Positions 42,256 through 57,329 of a stretch of DNA of 64,000 nucleotides are shown here, one piece after another (position 1 is the first letter of the stretch; each line of letters begins with the position of its first letter). Source of the stretch: the human T2T-CHM13v2.0 reference genome, Homo sapiens. The stretch lies in assembly GCF_009914755.1 (NCBI RefSeq), contig NC_060925.1. One strand, written 5' to 3'. The translations under genes and the position numbers were made by a program. The notes under the pieces are model-generated. The model had not been told where the DNA came from, did no database searches, and saw only the letters and a list, made by a program, of their open reading frames with translations.

Positions 42256-43105
42256 TGGTTAGCAAGGTGCTAACCAGTCTGCCCCCACGACCACTTCAGA
42301 GCCTTTGGACTTGCTCTTTTCTTCGCCGGGTTCTCTGGGATATCCTGTGGATCACAAAATAACCCTTCAAGTCATCGCTGAAATCATCTGTGTGAGACTT
42401 TCCTGACTACCTTGTTTTATGTTGTAAACCAGTTTCCGAGTACTCCTGCCCCCTTTCTGCTTTATTTTACTCCATATCTTACTCATTTGTTTATTATCAT
42501 CTTTCCTTATCACAACCTTAGCTTCATAAAGTTATGCCCTCTTTATTCATACTCAACACATTTGCGAAAGCAAAACGTGAATTGCATTGCATTGCATTGC
42601 TCTTCCATTTAGCAATTTGGAATGGCTTCCCATTTGCATTTAGAAACATGAGTCCAAACTCCTTTCTACAGTTTATAAGGCCCTGCATAATCTCCCCACT
42701 GCCTGTCTTTCCACCCTCTTCTCATCCACCCTTCCCCTGTCCATTCAGTGGAGCCTCCGTGGTTTGCCTTTAGCTTCTCAGACATGCCATGGCCTTTGGA
42801 CAAACATCTTCCACATATATTCTTTCCCACTCTTCCTTTGCTTAACCAGCTCTTTTTCTTTCTTTTGGTTTCCAATTCAATGTCTCTACTTCACTGGCTA
42901 CTAATGTATACTCTGTTATTCTCTCACAGCACCTCATTCCCCTCCTTCATGGAGCTTATTATAAGTTTTTTATTATTTTATTGTTCATTTGCTTTTAAAC
43001 AATCAGTTTCTTCCATTAAAATGTAGGTTGTTTGAGGACAGAGACTTTTACTTGTCTTATTCTCTTTTGTATTCAGTGCCCCAGTGCCCTGATTGCAATT
43101 AGGGT

Positions 43106-43561
43106 CACAGTAACTGGATGGATAGGTGGGTGAAGAGATGGCCAAGTGACTGCCTCAAGTAACACAGTAACTGGATGGATAGGTGGGTGAAGAGATGGCC
43201 AAGTGACTGCCTCAAGTAACACAGTAACTGGATGGATAGGTGGGTCAAGAGATGGCCAAGTGACTGCCTCAAGTAACACAGTAACTGGATGGATAGGTGG
43301 GTCAAGAGATGGCCAAGTGACTGCCTCAAGTAACACAGTAACTGGATGGATAGGTGGGTCAAGAGATGGCCAGTTGACTGCCTCAAGTAACACAGTAACT
43401 GGATGGATAGGTGGGTGAAGAGACGGCCAAGTGACTGCCTCAAGTAACACAGTAACTGGATGGATAGGTGGGTCAAGAGATGGCCAAGTGACTGCCTCAA
43501 GTAACACAGTAACTGGATGGATAGGTAGGTGAAGAGATGGCCAAGTGACTGCCTCAAGTAA
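43106..43561. repeat. 57-bp VNTR, 8 copies
   Basis: Unit cacagtaactggatggataggtgggt(g/c)aagagatggccaagtgactgcctcaagtaa; 8 x 57 = 456 bp. Confidence 0.97.
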
Positions 43562-43579
43562 ATTTCTCATTTTACTACC

Positions 43580-43750
43580 CACTACCCAATGAATCTGAAC
43601 AAGTTACTGAAAATGTGCAAGCTTCAGTTTTCCTCTTTGTAAAATGAGGATAGATACAATGCCTACCTTATAGGATTTTGTAAAATTTTAGGTCATCTAT
43701 GTTAACCTCATAGTACAATGCATGACATGTAATAATTGCTCAATACACAC
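43580..43750 (+). mobile_element. MIR
   Basis: aacaagttact...gcttcagttttcctctttgtaaaatgaggatag...ctcaata. Confidence 0.7.
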
Positions 43751-44017
43751 TAATAATTACTAGTTTTACTAATACTGTGATCCTTAGCTTTTCCACCTTC
43801 ATCTCTCTCCCATCTGTGTCCCATTTTATCACATTGCTTTCCAGAGTCGTGATGATTACTGAATATGAGACTGCTAGTTTGAACTGCCCAGTGCATAGCA
43901 GTGGAGCTATTGCCTAAGCTTATGTTAATCTAGCATCAGAGCCAACTATCATTTGCCTTATTGTTTATCAAATATGTCTCATTGTAAATTCTTATTGAGC
44001 TTAAAATTCAATTAAAA

Positions 44018-44195
44018 CCCCTCATGGCACGCATCTGCTGACCTACAACTGGGTGGTGAATATAGACATTTGCATTTACCTGTCTGGAACTTGGTCATTT
44101 TCGTTTGGGCCTGTCGTGTCAGCTTGTCCGAGCTCTCTTGGATCCTCTTTTCAACATATTGCCATAATAAATTCTTCCTCTGAGGTTTGTGTCAC
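44018..44195 (+). repeat. Dispersed 178-bp direct duplicate, copy 2 (presumed donor)
   Basis: Offset exactly 1940 bp from copy 1. Confidence 0.95.
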
Positions 44196-47100
44196 AGACA
44201 CATTTGATCAGCACATCGGTGGCATCCTCATTAAAGTCAGTGGTCTAAATAGTATAGCACAGAGAGCATCACAGAGCCTATGACCTGCAGCTTCCTTGTA
44301 ATTTGATATTTGCTGTTCTGTCTTCCATGTGATTTGTTCTAATTGATGTTTAAGAACCAGATCATGTTTATTTTTCTGTTTAAGAACCAGACCATTGCCT
44401 TCTTCAAAATAATTCTAGTCAAATAAAAAAATTATTTTTATGCCTACTGTGTGTAAGTAGCTTGCCTAGATACCGATGAACCATGTGACAGAAGCTTGCC
44501 TTGATGGTGGGCAATGAGGAAATCGGGCATGGATGGCTAAGAAATCAAAGTGCCGTTGTAAATATGGAGCAGATTTGTAGTTTGGCAGGATATAAACCCG
44601 TGTTGGGAAACTCCCAATGAGAGGTCAAAATTGAAATGGGGCTGTCTGAAATTCCATTTTGTTCATCTAGATAACCTGGATAAATGGGCTAAATTGGAAA
44701 TTTGAGTCTTAAAATCATTTTTTTGAGATTTCTCCTATTCATTCTATTGACTTACTCTCCATTTTAAAGTCTTTTGTCCTAATCATTTACCCTATATCTC
44801 TCTGTTCTATGCCTATTTTATTTTTCTTTATGAAAATGGGTGAAAGCAGGAATTTTGCTAGTTTTCTAATTATCACAGCATATAAATTCAGTAATGTATG
44901 TGAAAGTGTTTTCTAAACTATGAAAAGCTGTATACATACATAGGAATAGAATGGATTGTCAATAAATTGAAGAGATGAGTTTACTCCTTTGTATGTGGAA
45001 GCTGTTAATTTAAAATAACACACTCAAAATATTAGCTAAAAATCTACTTCACATTTTGGTGCTGCTTGCTAAAATTAGTTAGAAAATATAGGTTATTTTT
45101 GAGTTAAAACCAAGTTCAATAAATTCTTAAGTTCCTCAAATAGAATTTTACAGAAATATTTACATAACCCACAGCTAAAGTGAGTTTTCTAAGAACTCCC
45201 CATAAGGTGAGATCACGTACACCATGTCTCAGTACAGAAGGATTTTTTTTTCAATCAGTTATGTCTCTATAAATAAACCTAGTTTTGTTGTTAAAATTGC
45301 TGTTTCCTCTTCACATAAGAACATGTCATTAATTTTGGTGAAAACCTTCCAACAAAATAAGGTTAAATTGTCCAGTTTTCCAGTGGAAGAGGAATTATTT
45401 TGTGTCACCAACAAGCAGAGTAACAGCTTAAAGGTAAGTTGAACACAGACATGCTGTTTGGGTGGTCAGAATATTTTGCATCCAAGCATAAATGTTAGTA
45501 AGAGCCTATAGGTGAGAATGCTTTAGGTATGTTTTTAGTAATGCTTTACCTCTGCTACTCTCCTTAGGATTTGGGAACCAGAGCATTCATACTGATGTTC
45601 TCTGTAATTAGGTACACCAAGGAGTAACAGAAACTGGGTAGGTAGGTAGGTAGAGAGAGGTGACCTCAGCCAGAGCCGGTGTGTTTGTATAGGCAAGAAG
45701 AGGAGCTGTATTCCATGGTCTGAACTATTAAGTGATCCAGACTACAAGAATATGACTTCCTTTTCTCAGTTGTTTGAAGTTCATTTAGCGAAAAATTAAA
45801 ATACAGTTTCCTATAAAACAAAATCATTTAGTTTGAACTGGAAAAACATTTGAGGTTTTCTTGGTTTGAGAGAAAATAAACATTTTCTTTTGTCCTAGCA
45901 CCTATACCAAACAGTAATATTGACAAAAACCAAACCTAAGAAAATGCATTTTTTTTCCTCTAAATTAAGAAATAGTATGTATGGCTTTAAGATGCTGCTT
46001 AAAAAAAAAGAATAAGTCTTACATTTGTTCTAGTTGTCAGAGATTGACAGAACTAATAAGAGAATAAAAGAGCAAAACGAAAAAGTTCTTGCTGATTAAC
46101 AGTTGTCTGAGGAGAAACAGACGATATGTTTTCTTTATTGCATTGAAAAGTTAATTATTACCAATAGAAGCTTATTTATGCTTGTAACTGAGTTAGCGTT
46201 GTGGCTTGGCATTATTCCACATTTGAAGGGAAATGGGTATCGGCGAAGAGTCTGGAGCTTGAGTTCTAGTACAGTTGAGTGGGCTTAGCGAGTGGTTTAA
46301 CTTCACTGGATCCCACGTTCCCACCTGTAAAGTGAGGCGATAGATTAAGATGATGACTGAGGTGTCTTGTGTCCCTAACTGCATGTTTTTTTCCTAAAGG
46401 CCTATTTTGTTTTTTATGAAACAAAATATTTTATCTTCACAGGGAAGTTTACTCCCAAATGTTTTTGGGACCATTTAGATAGGAGTACACTTTAGAAAAA
46501 AATATAAGCAGCACAGTATTTAAAGAACAGAAATTGTATTTGCTAAGTAAATACTGTACATCGAAGTCTTGGAAGTTAGATACAAAATAAGCCAAAAGTT
46601 TCATTTTATATTCCCTTTAGCAATCAGAATATTTGATTATTTTCTAGACAGTTTCTGTAAGAGTACCATTTGGTATAAGAGTTTTAATTTGTGATAGTAG
46701 AAAAGTAATAAAAATGTGTACACCATCTAAGAGACAAAATAATTTTGCCAAAAATTGCCTTTTGTTCTGGTTAAGAATAAATGGGCCAATTTCTTTTACA
46801 CAATAATTTTTAGTAGCAGATACCATATCTAAAAAACTATATTTACTATGGCAATAGTAGCAGACTAATTATCCAGCTTTCTTTGGAAATTGTGACTTTT
46901 GTAGTTGTCAATACTTTTATATCTACACTGAAAAATTTTTGGCTTTGAAGAGTATGCCTGCATGTATGTTGATTTTCCTGTAATTTTAGTATCTGGGAAA
47001 ATATTCCATCTGAAGCATATGTAGAAGTATAGAAAATTGTTGAAATTCCATTTTGAAATGACCTTTAGGCTGCTCTTCATTTAAGGTAATAGTGTCAATT

Positions 47101-49063
47101 TTGAACAAACTGTTTCAAAAACTTTATTTAATTTAGGATTATGAATGGCATCCTTGTTGGTTTTTAAGTATTTTTAACCTCATGATGAGAATCTGAGAGC
47201 ATTGTAAATACATTTAATAATGAAAAAGATATTTTCTAAACTTGAAGTCAATAATAAACTTCTTGTATTTAAATTGACTTATGAAGTTTTCTTAAGGCAA
47301 AATCAGTTATAACTTTATGAATAGCAATATTTTCAGTTCATTTAAATTTATTTTATTTTTATAGATAGTGAAAGCATCTGTATCTTATTTGAAAGTGCCT
47401 GTCATTCTCTTATTTATTAAAATTGCTTTAGTGTGGTTTTTATATTTAGTCTTGGTTTTTACTTGTGTTTAGCCATATTTCTACACATAGGGAATGGTGC
47501 AGGAGCTACACCACTGTAATTAGTAGTGGGCAATGTGACCAAGTTTTTTTAATCTTATATTTCAATATAATTTCAATGCAATTACTCTATTGAGTAATTA
47601 ATAACTTTAATGTTTAGACATAAGTGAATATAATTAGCCCAAAATATAACAACATAATGTGAAAATGATGTTTAGACTTCACTTACTGAGTCCTGAAGCC
47701 CTAATATTAATACTTATAATTTCCTGCTGTAAATTTTTATGAAAACTAAATAAGAGTATCATAATAATTTCTGTTATTTACTGTAGCCCAGATGATTGTA
47801 AATTTGAGGAGGAAATGATGTACCTTAGATGTGTCATTGGACTTGCACTTGTTTTTTATCAAAATGATAGGGAATCAATTAATATTTTAATAGTTACAAA
47901 AGAAAGTGAAGAGTGAAATAGCTTGGATATTATTCATATATAGTGTGTATATGTGTGTGCACATATGTATATGTAGGTATATATACATGTATATAAAATT
48001 ATCTGGCCATCTGGATCATATATATATGTATAATGTCTGGCACATTGCACATAGCAGGCACATAGTATGTGCTCAAAAATATTTATTGTATTGAATTGAG
48101 AGCTTGGGAAGGAATAGTTTAAGGGAATAAATTAACAGTTTGCTTTCCTAAACTGGAATTATTTTATTATATTTTATTTTTGCTTTTGGATGATTTTTCT
48201 CAGTTGGCAAAAAAAACTATTGTCAAATGGTAATAAAAGTCAATAACTGTAATGAATATTCCTTTTATTATGCTGTGATATGTTTTCCTGCATTTTGGGT
48301 AACTGTTTAAAGATAATTTTTCTTTGGTAATTCTTTTATCTACCAGCTTTTATACTTTTTAGATTTTTCATTTTTATTCGCCATTGGAAAGACTACTTTT
48401 TTTATATGGAGATGTCCCACCAGAAAAGATTGTTTTCCTGGTTTTTTGCAGTTCATTTTGAAAGAAGCAACTCCAGGTTTATTTTTGATTTGAATACAGC
48501 TAGTGTAGCATGAGAAAATCCTTTTGAAGTGCTTTCAGAAGGATTAGGTCAGGGTTAGGTGTAGTTTTTTTTTTACATAAAGTAAATTTAGAGTTGCTAT
48601 TTTAAAAAATTGTGCCAATTTGTTAGCAAACACAGGTCAAAGGTACCTTTACACTGGTGACTTTCACCTCAGAAACAGTGGGTGATCTTCACCAGTCACC
48701 CTCTTTCTGCTTTTCTGCCAAGGAAGGGATCATGGCTTGGTCTCAGGGAAGAAAGGAAGGAGTCCCAGTTTCTTCCTGGTACTTTTGTTTACTAATGTAC
48801 TAAGGGCTATTTTATTAAATAGCATTATAAGTCAACTTGAATATATTACATATATTTAATATATGCATTCATGTATAATATTAATATAATATATATGTAT
48901 ATCTTAAAATAGATGTATATATCTAAATATTATATGTAAATATACATGTGTATAAAATTAGTCTTATATATTAACATTTTAAGTGGAAAATGATTTTTTC
49001 TTTCATTAAATTGGAATGTCAAGTACATGGCTGACATAATTTCCTTCTAGAAAATAAGAACCT

Positions 49064-49378
<315 letters not shown>

Positions 49379-52300
49379 AGGGCCAAACTGTTACTTTTTT
49401 GAGCCTTTCTTTCTTTAGAAATCATAACATTTGGGTGGTCATAGCATATTAAAGGATTCCTTTTATATGTATACCAATCAAAGGAATATAGGTCTACATT
49501 AGTCTTTTTAGTTATGTTCTCTCCACAAACATTATAAGACCATCATATTTAAATGTCCCAATATAGCATTTTATAGTATGTGCAGTAGAATAGATGCCAT
49601 AGAATTACCAGCTTTGCAAAACAAGGAACTGCCAAATATCCAAAATGTTTTGAGTTTATTACCTTCGTTAACATAGCTCTTGTGATACAGCTCTGAACAA
49701 AACATAGAAACATTCTCTTGGATGATAGTTCATTTAGGTGGGTTTGTAAGTCATTGAGCACCATTCCTGGGATGTCTTTCCTACAGATACAGTAAACATT
49801 GTAGTCCTCCAGTAGTCAGATACTAAAAACAGTCAACTCCCAGCTGAGTGAGGGGGAAGAGCGGAATTAGGAAGCCACTTTCAAAATCTGTACAGTGATA
49901 TCAGACCCTTGATATTTGTAGGGACAAATCTACAATCTTCACAAGTGAAGGCAAAAACAATGAATTTCTCCTAGTAAGTGTAGTAAGGTATAACGGGTCC
50001 CTTCAACCTCTGGAATGTTTATAAACTTAGAATAAAAATTATTTGTGAAGCCAGTGAAATAAATCCTACTACTAAGATAAACTCAGTGTATTTCATCCCA
50101 GTGGAGTGACATTTCAGGAGGGGGTTATGTTCCAAGTTCAGCCTAAAAGGTTGAATATTGCATGTGACCAAATTACTTTAAAAAAATCTCATAAATTCCT
50201 CATAATTTAATGGTCTACATGGATTTGTCTGTATTGATTTTATGTGCATTTAGAGCCATATATTCCTGCCACATTGGAGACATTCATACCCTATCTCAAA
50301 GATTTTAACCCCTATCACTTTACTTTCATTGTTGGGATAGATTGCTGTTGAATCAAATGGGGAGTCGATAAACAAGTTGACTTGTGTTTGGCAATGTTTG
50401 TGCTTTGTATGAAAAATATACGTGTTTCTTAGATGAAATTACCACATAGTGTTGTCAGATGGTCATACTATGAAAGGTACACATGTACTGTGACCGACCA
50501 AGGGCTCAGTGGAGTCATGTCTCACTCTTCATGCTCACTCCAAGGCATTCACTCATTGAGTTGAATGGTGGATGGAGTCACCCATACTTCTTCCATTTAT
50601 CTCTTTCTGTTACATGTTGCAACTCTACTATATGTTCCTATTGCAGTAACTATGAACCATCTGATTTTATGATGGTAATGTTTGAAGACAAGGATGAAAT
50701 GTACCACATAGCAGGGTGATAAGAGATTGCATCTCTTGAGAGCCATTTACATCAAACTCAAGAGCAGAAACAGGGGACCTTAAAAGTAAGAAATGAAGGA
50801 TACAACCTGGGCAAGAGACAGGTGTGCTTCTGAAGTGGTAGGTTTTTAACATTGTGATTGATGGCTGTCTTTTATAGTTCAGCTCTTGATACATTTTCTG
50901 GTATTGAACCAATGCAAAACTTATTGTCAGACAATTTTAAAACTCCACACCATTGACAGATGATAACTGGTGTGGTCAACAATTAGGAGATTTATATATT
51001 TGACTCCTTCATTATTTTAAGACTTTTCTATTTATTTCAACATTGTCTTTTTTCACTTCATCTCTTTTTACTCACAATTTCGGGTTGTCTTTATCCATTT
51101 CAATCTGTAATCTGAATCTACCTCTCCCAGTTACTCTTGGCGATATTCACATTACCCTAACAACTCTTTTGCAATGCATCGTTTGAAAAATGTTTCACCT
51201 CTCTTTTATAGCTTTCCAACAATCACATCTTATTTCAGATTTTTCCCTCATCCAGGGCTATCTTAATGTTCCTTTACACCTTTTATGTCTGCTCCTAGCA
51301 TCAGCAGACATAAAAAGTCAAGATCTCTATCTATGTATGCAAATATGTCAGCATACAATACCTTGAACATTGTTAATATTTTACTCATTTAGAACACTGA
51401 AAAAGCATGATAGGATTAGGGGCAGAAAAGGCCCTATATTATTTTAAAGAAAAAAAATTGCAGATTTAATGAATGGCCTGATATTTTGTCTATGATGATT
51501 AGAAACTTACATTCATAAGAGTGCAAAGCAATTTTTTTTCCATTTTTAGCAAACATAAAGTCTTTATTAAACCTGTCCCAAAAAAGTAGAGATATCACCT
51601 GAACTCATTTTTGTAAACTGACCGCAGAGTTGTAATGATTCTTTTGCCACTGAATCTCCTGGCATGACAGAACAGTGGTGTAAACTTGGCTTAGTCAAAA
51701 AGTCTGCCGTATTGTCGCAATGTAATACAGTCAGCTTTATATCAGATGTCTGAAATTCTTCTCTTCTTTAGACACATACTTTTAGAAAGGCACTTCTTTC
51801 TTGCCATAGTTCCATTTCATCTGTTTTGAACACTTGTTTTGGCTGAGAGCTACGTTAGCTCTGAGGAAGTGCTTCTGAATTTAAGTGATCAGTTGATGCC
51901 ACTTCTGTTAACATTATGCAAAGAAAAAAAAAGTTTCTTAAAATTCCTTAAAGAATATTTGCTTAGAGTAAGGATTGATTAAATAGCCACATTGGAAGCA
52001 ATTGGAAAACTGAAAAGTTCCACAAAAATGTTGCATATTTTATTGGGAAGGCTGAAAGGTTAAGTTGCACGTTGATTCTTAGGCTGGCGTGGAGTTCATC
52101 ATGTTGTAAAAGGTGTAGACAGTGGGACTTGAGGCTAAGCAAATCCAAACCTCAGGACGTCTTCAAGTCACTAGCCCTAAAGTCTCCTGCAGAAATGCTT
52201 CTTCAGAGTGAACCAGGCCCAGGGCTTTGCACATTGAGATCCTTGTGTTTGGTAGCATGATACTTGACCCATGTCATCTGGGTTGTATCTTCTCCTTTGT

Positions 52301-52409
52301 CTCTGTGCTATTTGTGTCTTCCACCTATGTCACATTATAGGCCAAGAGGTTTTAGAAGGCAGACTGTGTCATTTCCTCTTTATTTTCTCTTGTATCTAGG
52401 ATTGTTTAG

Positions 52410-52660
52410 GGAGACAATATGGTGTAGTAGAAAGATTATAGGACTTGAAATCAGACTAACTCCGTTTTGAATCTCAGCTCTGCCACTGTATAATCTTATG
52501 TAAGTTACTTAACATCTGTGAGCTTCAGTTTTCTCATCTGTAAAACAGGAATAGGATACTTATTTTTATATGGTTGTCATGAACACAGAATGGAATTTTA
52601 AAATATAAAATGCTAAGACAGTGCTTGGTACATGGTAAGCACTCAAAAGTGATAGCTGGT
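52410..52660 (+). mobile_element. MIR
   Basis: tgaatctcagctctgccact...taagttacttaacatctgtgagcttcagttttctcatctgtaaaacagg. Confidence 0.85.
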
Positions 52661-52913
52661 ATCAGTGTTACTATTAAGTCCACAGTGAAAGCATGAAGTC
52701 AGCGTTATGTGCAATCAACAATGGTAACCGTGAACAGGATTTCTAGAATGGTATCAGCAACCTTCTGCATCTGCTACAGTGAAGAGGATAATCATTTTTG
52801 GCTGTTTCTAAAATGAGTTTCTACTTATAATATCCTTTTGTTCACATAGGCTGGTTCCCCAAGTGTCTAGCTTGGAGAATGAGTCTTAGAAATAAATTTT
52901 GCTATATTCTAGA

Positions 52914-53097
52914 CCAGTGCTATGCCAAAAAATTTTCTGTGATGATGAAAATATTTTATACCTGCACTTTCCAATATGGTAGCCATGGAATCACCATGTG
53001 GATACCAAGCACTTATACTGTGATTAATGCAAGTAAGGAACTAAATTCTTTATTTTAATTAGCTTAAATTTAAATAGCCAAAGCAAGCCAGTGCAGC
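52914..53097. mobile_element. MER3-like (hAT-Charlie) relic
   Basis: ttctgtgatgatgaaaata...tccaatatggtagcca...aatttaaatagcca; flanking tctagac target duplication. Confidence 0.75.
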
Positions 53098-53752
53098 TCT
53101 AGACAAAAATTTACTAATGATTTGACAAAATCAATCTTAACATCTATAAGTTAATAAAAGTATGAACTAGTAAATACTAAATTTCCAATGAGTTCATATT
53201 TTACACACACCGAACTTTATAGAAATGATTATTTTCTCCCAAGTGATAGATTATATGTTTCAATTTTCAGTATTATATACTACCTTACTTTTGGAAATAT
53301 ATTCTTTGAATTCATCCATTGGCTTCTGAGTGATAAATTCACATTGTCAAAATTTGTCAGCCTCAAATCCACCAGTTCCTTCTTTTAACTTGCGAGGATT
53401 TTTGGATCTAGTCTTCTTACTGTTCTGTAATTTTTCTTCTCCCCATTCTCATCTTCTGTTACACAAACAAGTCACCCTATATTAAAGATGGCGAAATAAT
53501 TTTTAAGTCACATAATGTTTACTAGCAGGAATAAATCACTACCATTGAGGTATTATAGTTTATGCTTCTTTTTCTTTCCAGGCAAATTTATCCTTTTGAA
53601 TTAAGATGTTATATAATTTTTCAAATAGGTTTTGCATTCATTTCTTTGGATATTTTTTCTTAGGAAATCAGGAAAAATGTATAGTAGAGTTTCTTTTAAT
53701 GAAACTTTTTATTTGGTTCTACTTAATTTATGTAAAAAATATATTTTAATTA

Positions 53753-54025
<273 letters not shown>

Positions 54026-54028
54026 ACC

Positions 54029-54110
54029 ATATCTATATCTATATCTATATCTATATCTATATCTATATCTATATCTATATCTATCTATATATATATCTTA
54101 ATATATATAT
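54029..54110. repeat. (ATATCT)n / (TA)n microsatellite
   Basis: About 9 ATATCT units then TA. Confidence 0.9.
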
Positions 54111-54489
54111 AAGATAAGATAAAATAAAAGTAGAATAAAATAAGATGGAATAGGAAATGTCAGAGCACATCACACATAGTAAGAGTTAATATTATTTCTT
54201 GAAATGCTTCTTACATTTATATGTGTGTGTGTCTCTGAATTGTGATTTAAAATGGATTTTTTACTATGGATCTTGGCCAAAAAAATGTTTGAAAGCAACT
54301 GCATAATTTATTGTACGATGTGGTGAAGGCAGTGAAGTCAGAAGATCTGGTTCAAGGCTTGAGTGTACTGCTTTAGACAATTTTCAATGTCTTCAACCCA
54401 AAATTTCTTATATGTGTAAACAGAGATACCTGCCCTATATGTTTCATGCAGTTGTTTCAAATATCAAATAGAATTCTAAGGTGATGTAT

Positions 54490-54960
54490 AGTTGTAACAC
54501 TCCTTATTCCTTTCAAGTAATAATTTTATATTGACAAAACTCAGTGGCTTGCACCAACAATCATGTATATTTATATTTATGAGTCTGCAGGTCAGGTACG
54601 CTTTGGCTGATCTGTGCTGTATTTGACTGGGTGTTTCTGCTTCAGGTCGTGGGTTGTGCATTGTCTGGGCCATGGTTGGGGTTTGGATCTGATCTCCATG
54701 TATTCTTTCTGTGGTCTAAGCCAAAGGGGCAGCGGCTACCCAGTGCATACACTTCTCATGGTTAATCACCAGAACATGAGCTAAACATAAATCTATTTAT
54801 GATTTTTGCTTACATTATAGCCATGCAAATTCCACTGGCCAAATGAAATTATATGGCTAAGCCCAAAGTCCCTGGGGAGACATAAGGTATTCCACTCTCA
54901 GTGGAAGGGAGATGGGAGTGAATATTTGCTGAACAACAGTCTAAATAAACTATCATATTA
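54490..54960. mobile_element. MLT1-type MaLR LTR relic
   Basis: caaaactcagtggctt...ccactggccaaatgaaattatatggctaagcccaaagtc...gaatatttgctgaacaa. Confidence 0.7.
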
Positions 54961-55009
54961 CCCCAAAACTTATTAAACCCACACGTTTATTAACTGCCTC
55001 ATTCTTAAA

Positions 55010-56540
55010 TATAAAAGGATAGCCAAGTATTATCCTGTATTTGAGGAAAACCTACAACATAATGGAAAGTCCAAATCAGACAAACAAGAAAGGAATGTGG
55101 AGGAAACTGAGGCAACATATAATAAGCAAAGGAAAACATTTAAATACTGTATATTCTAATAGGTAAAATATTATATTCATAGATTAAAATTAGCATGCTA
55201 TGTAAAAAAGTGTCCGTAAAAACAAGAAATAGCTCATAGAAATACAAAATGGGTAGAAAATTTTCTTAACGTTCAAAATGAGGTGTCATCAGTCAAAGAA
55301 ATCTTCCAGAAGTTACAATCAGAAGACAGAGATGGAAAATATAAGAAAATGAGATAATCAATCCAACAACTAATGTCCTGGAGCTAAAGTGTATGGCATT
55401 AAAATATTTTAAAATAGTAGAAGAAAACATCCTCAAACTGAAAAAAATAAGCCTTCAGATTGAAAAGGACTCACTGAAAACTGCGCACAAGGAATGAAAA
55501 ACAGCTCCATTCCAAGATTCAGCATTGCAAAATTTCAAAATGACAAGGAAAAAGAGAGGACTGTAAAAGTTTCCAGAAAGAAAAAAATGTAAATCATAGA
55601 CCAAGTACTAAGAATCAGGATGGCCTAGGGATTTTCAGTTGTACTATTAGGATCTAGAAGACAGTGGAATAGTTCTTAAAAATCCTGAATGAAAACTAAT
55701 TTCAAAATAGAGTTTTATACCCAGCCAAACAATCAAGTGTACACATACAATAATAGCATTTTCAGGCAGGCGAATACTCGAAAATGTGTTTTTCGTGTAC
55801 CTTTTCTTATTAAAGCTACCTGGAGATTGTACTTCGACCAAAAAAGGGAATAAATTGAGAAACATGATGACTTATGACACAGAAAACAGAGAACCCTAAA
55901 AGAGCATAGGGAAGGCTTGACAGAAGATAGAGATCAACCAGGCCATACATAAGGTGCCAAGAAGGATATATCCAGTTCTTAAAAGAACATACACTTTATC
56001 TAATATGTTCATTTAAAAAAAATTATTGATGATTGTTTAACAGATATGTTTGAATATTTGGGGGAAAATGTCAGTTATCTAGAAAAACAAACTATTAAAA
56101 AACTAGACAATTCTAGAAATAATAAAATGATACATAAGAAAATTAATTTAAACAAGATAATGCTTGTCTCAGCAGTGAGCAAATTTTTCATAATCATTAT
56201 AATGTAAATGAACTACTGACTAATGCTTTAACCAAAATCATTATATGGGAGCATGAGGTGGGTATGTAGGGTGGGTGGTGCGAGACCTAAATTGTCACCC
56301 TTCTTCACGTAAGAAAGGTCTAATATTGAAAACTTAAGAAATAGCAGTATAAGTTTGTCTTTTAAAAATGTGAAGATAAACATCAGAAGAACTAATGGTG
56401 CATGCCATTGGAGATTAGGTTTGAAATCGGGGAGGTAGACCATGGGCACTGCTGTTCCTTGTTATGAGCCATTTAATACTATGTAACTTAAATTAGGTGC
56501 ATTACTTTGATGGGCAAATTTAATCAACAATAAAAAGAAA
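55010..56540 (+). mobile_element. Ancient L1 (L1ME-like) relic
   Basis: A-rich, ORF1-like motifs (cttcagattgaaaagg, ttttatacccagccaaac); approximate. Confidence 0.6.
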
Positions 56541-57329
56541 GTTAACATATGCCCATGATTAAGAAAAAAACTTCCTACAGTGTGGAGGGATATAAATGAA
56601 CAGCATCAAGTCTCCCTTTTCCAAATTCGATCCCCAGTACTGTTTTCTTGCAGTGACCACTTTTAACAGTTTCTACTTTGAGTTGTTCTGGTGGTTATAG
56701 TCATGACTTGAAAGATACCTTTTGATAAGGTGTAAAGCTATCTGGACCTGCCTTTGCCCAGTTAGCCAAAAGATGGCCACATCAAACTGCACTGTAGACA
56801 TGCAGGTTAATAGTGTGCTTTGAGAGTAATGTACAATTGGCCTATGGCTGTTGTTGGTCTTTCATCCCCAAGCTACTATATACAGCCAGGGAAGCAGCCC
56901 TGACCTAGTTGGGTGAGGCAAAGGGTTATCCTGCCAGTGGGAGCATGGCATTTCTGGCAAGAGATTTCTCTTCTAACGGTTGGACTTGGTGCCATGGCAG
57001 ATTTTCCTGACTCAGGGAGTAAGTGTTGAGCCCTGGTCCAGCTGGTTAGATTATTTGTTGATTTTGATTATCTGCACCAATAAGCTCTTTCACTGGCATG
57101 GATAATCAGAAGCAGGCAGTAATTTTCCATCTTCCTAACAAAAATGCATTTCACATTTTGAAATTACAATAGATGAAGTTTTATTCAGTTTTCACCAAAA
57201 TACTGCTTCATTGAGAAGGGGGAACTTTTATGAATTAAATTGAGAACTCTTTAGAGATAGTCATATATTCTTAGGTGGGTCATTTTTTCTTGTCACTTTG
57301 CTGTTCTTGAAAGACAGAGGGAAAAATCA

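Noticed and set aside
43073-43582. 169-aa and 150-aa repeat-protein ORFs; CRISPR-like periodicity
   Set aside because: A 57-bp tandem unit with no unique spacers; the ORFs follow from a unit length divisible by 3.
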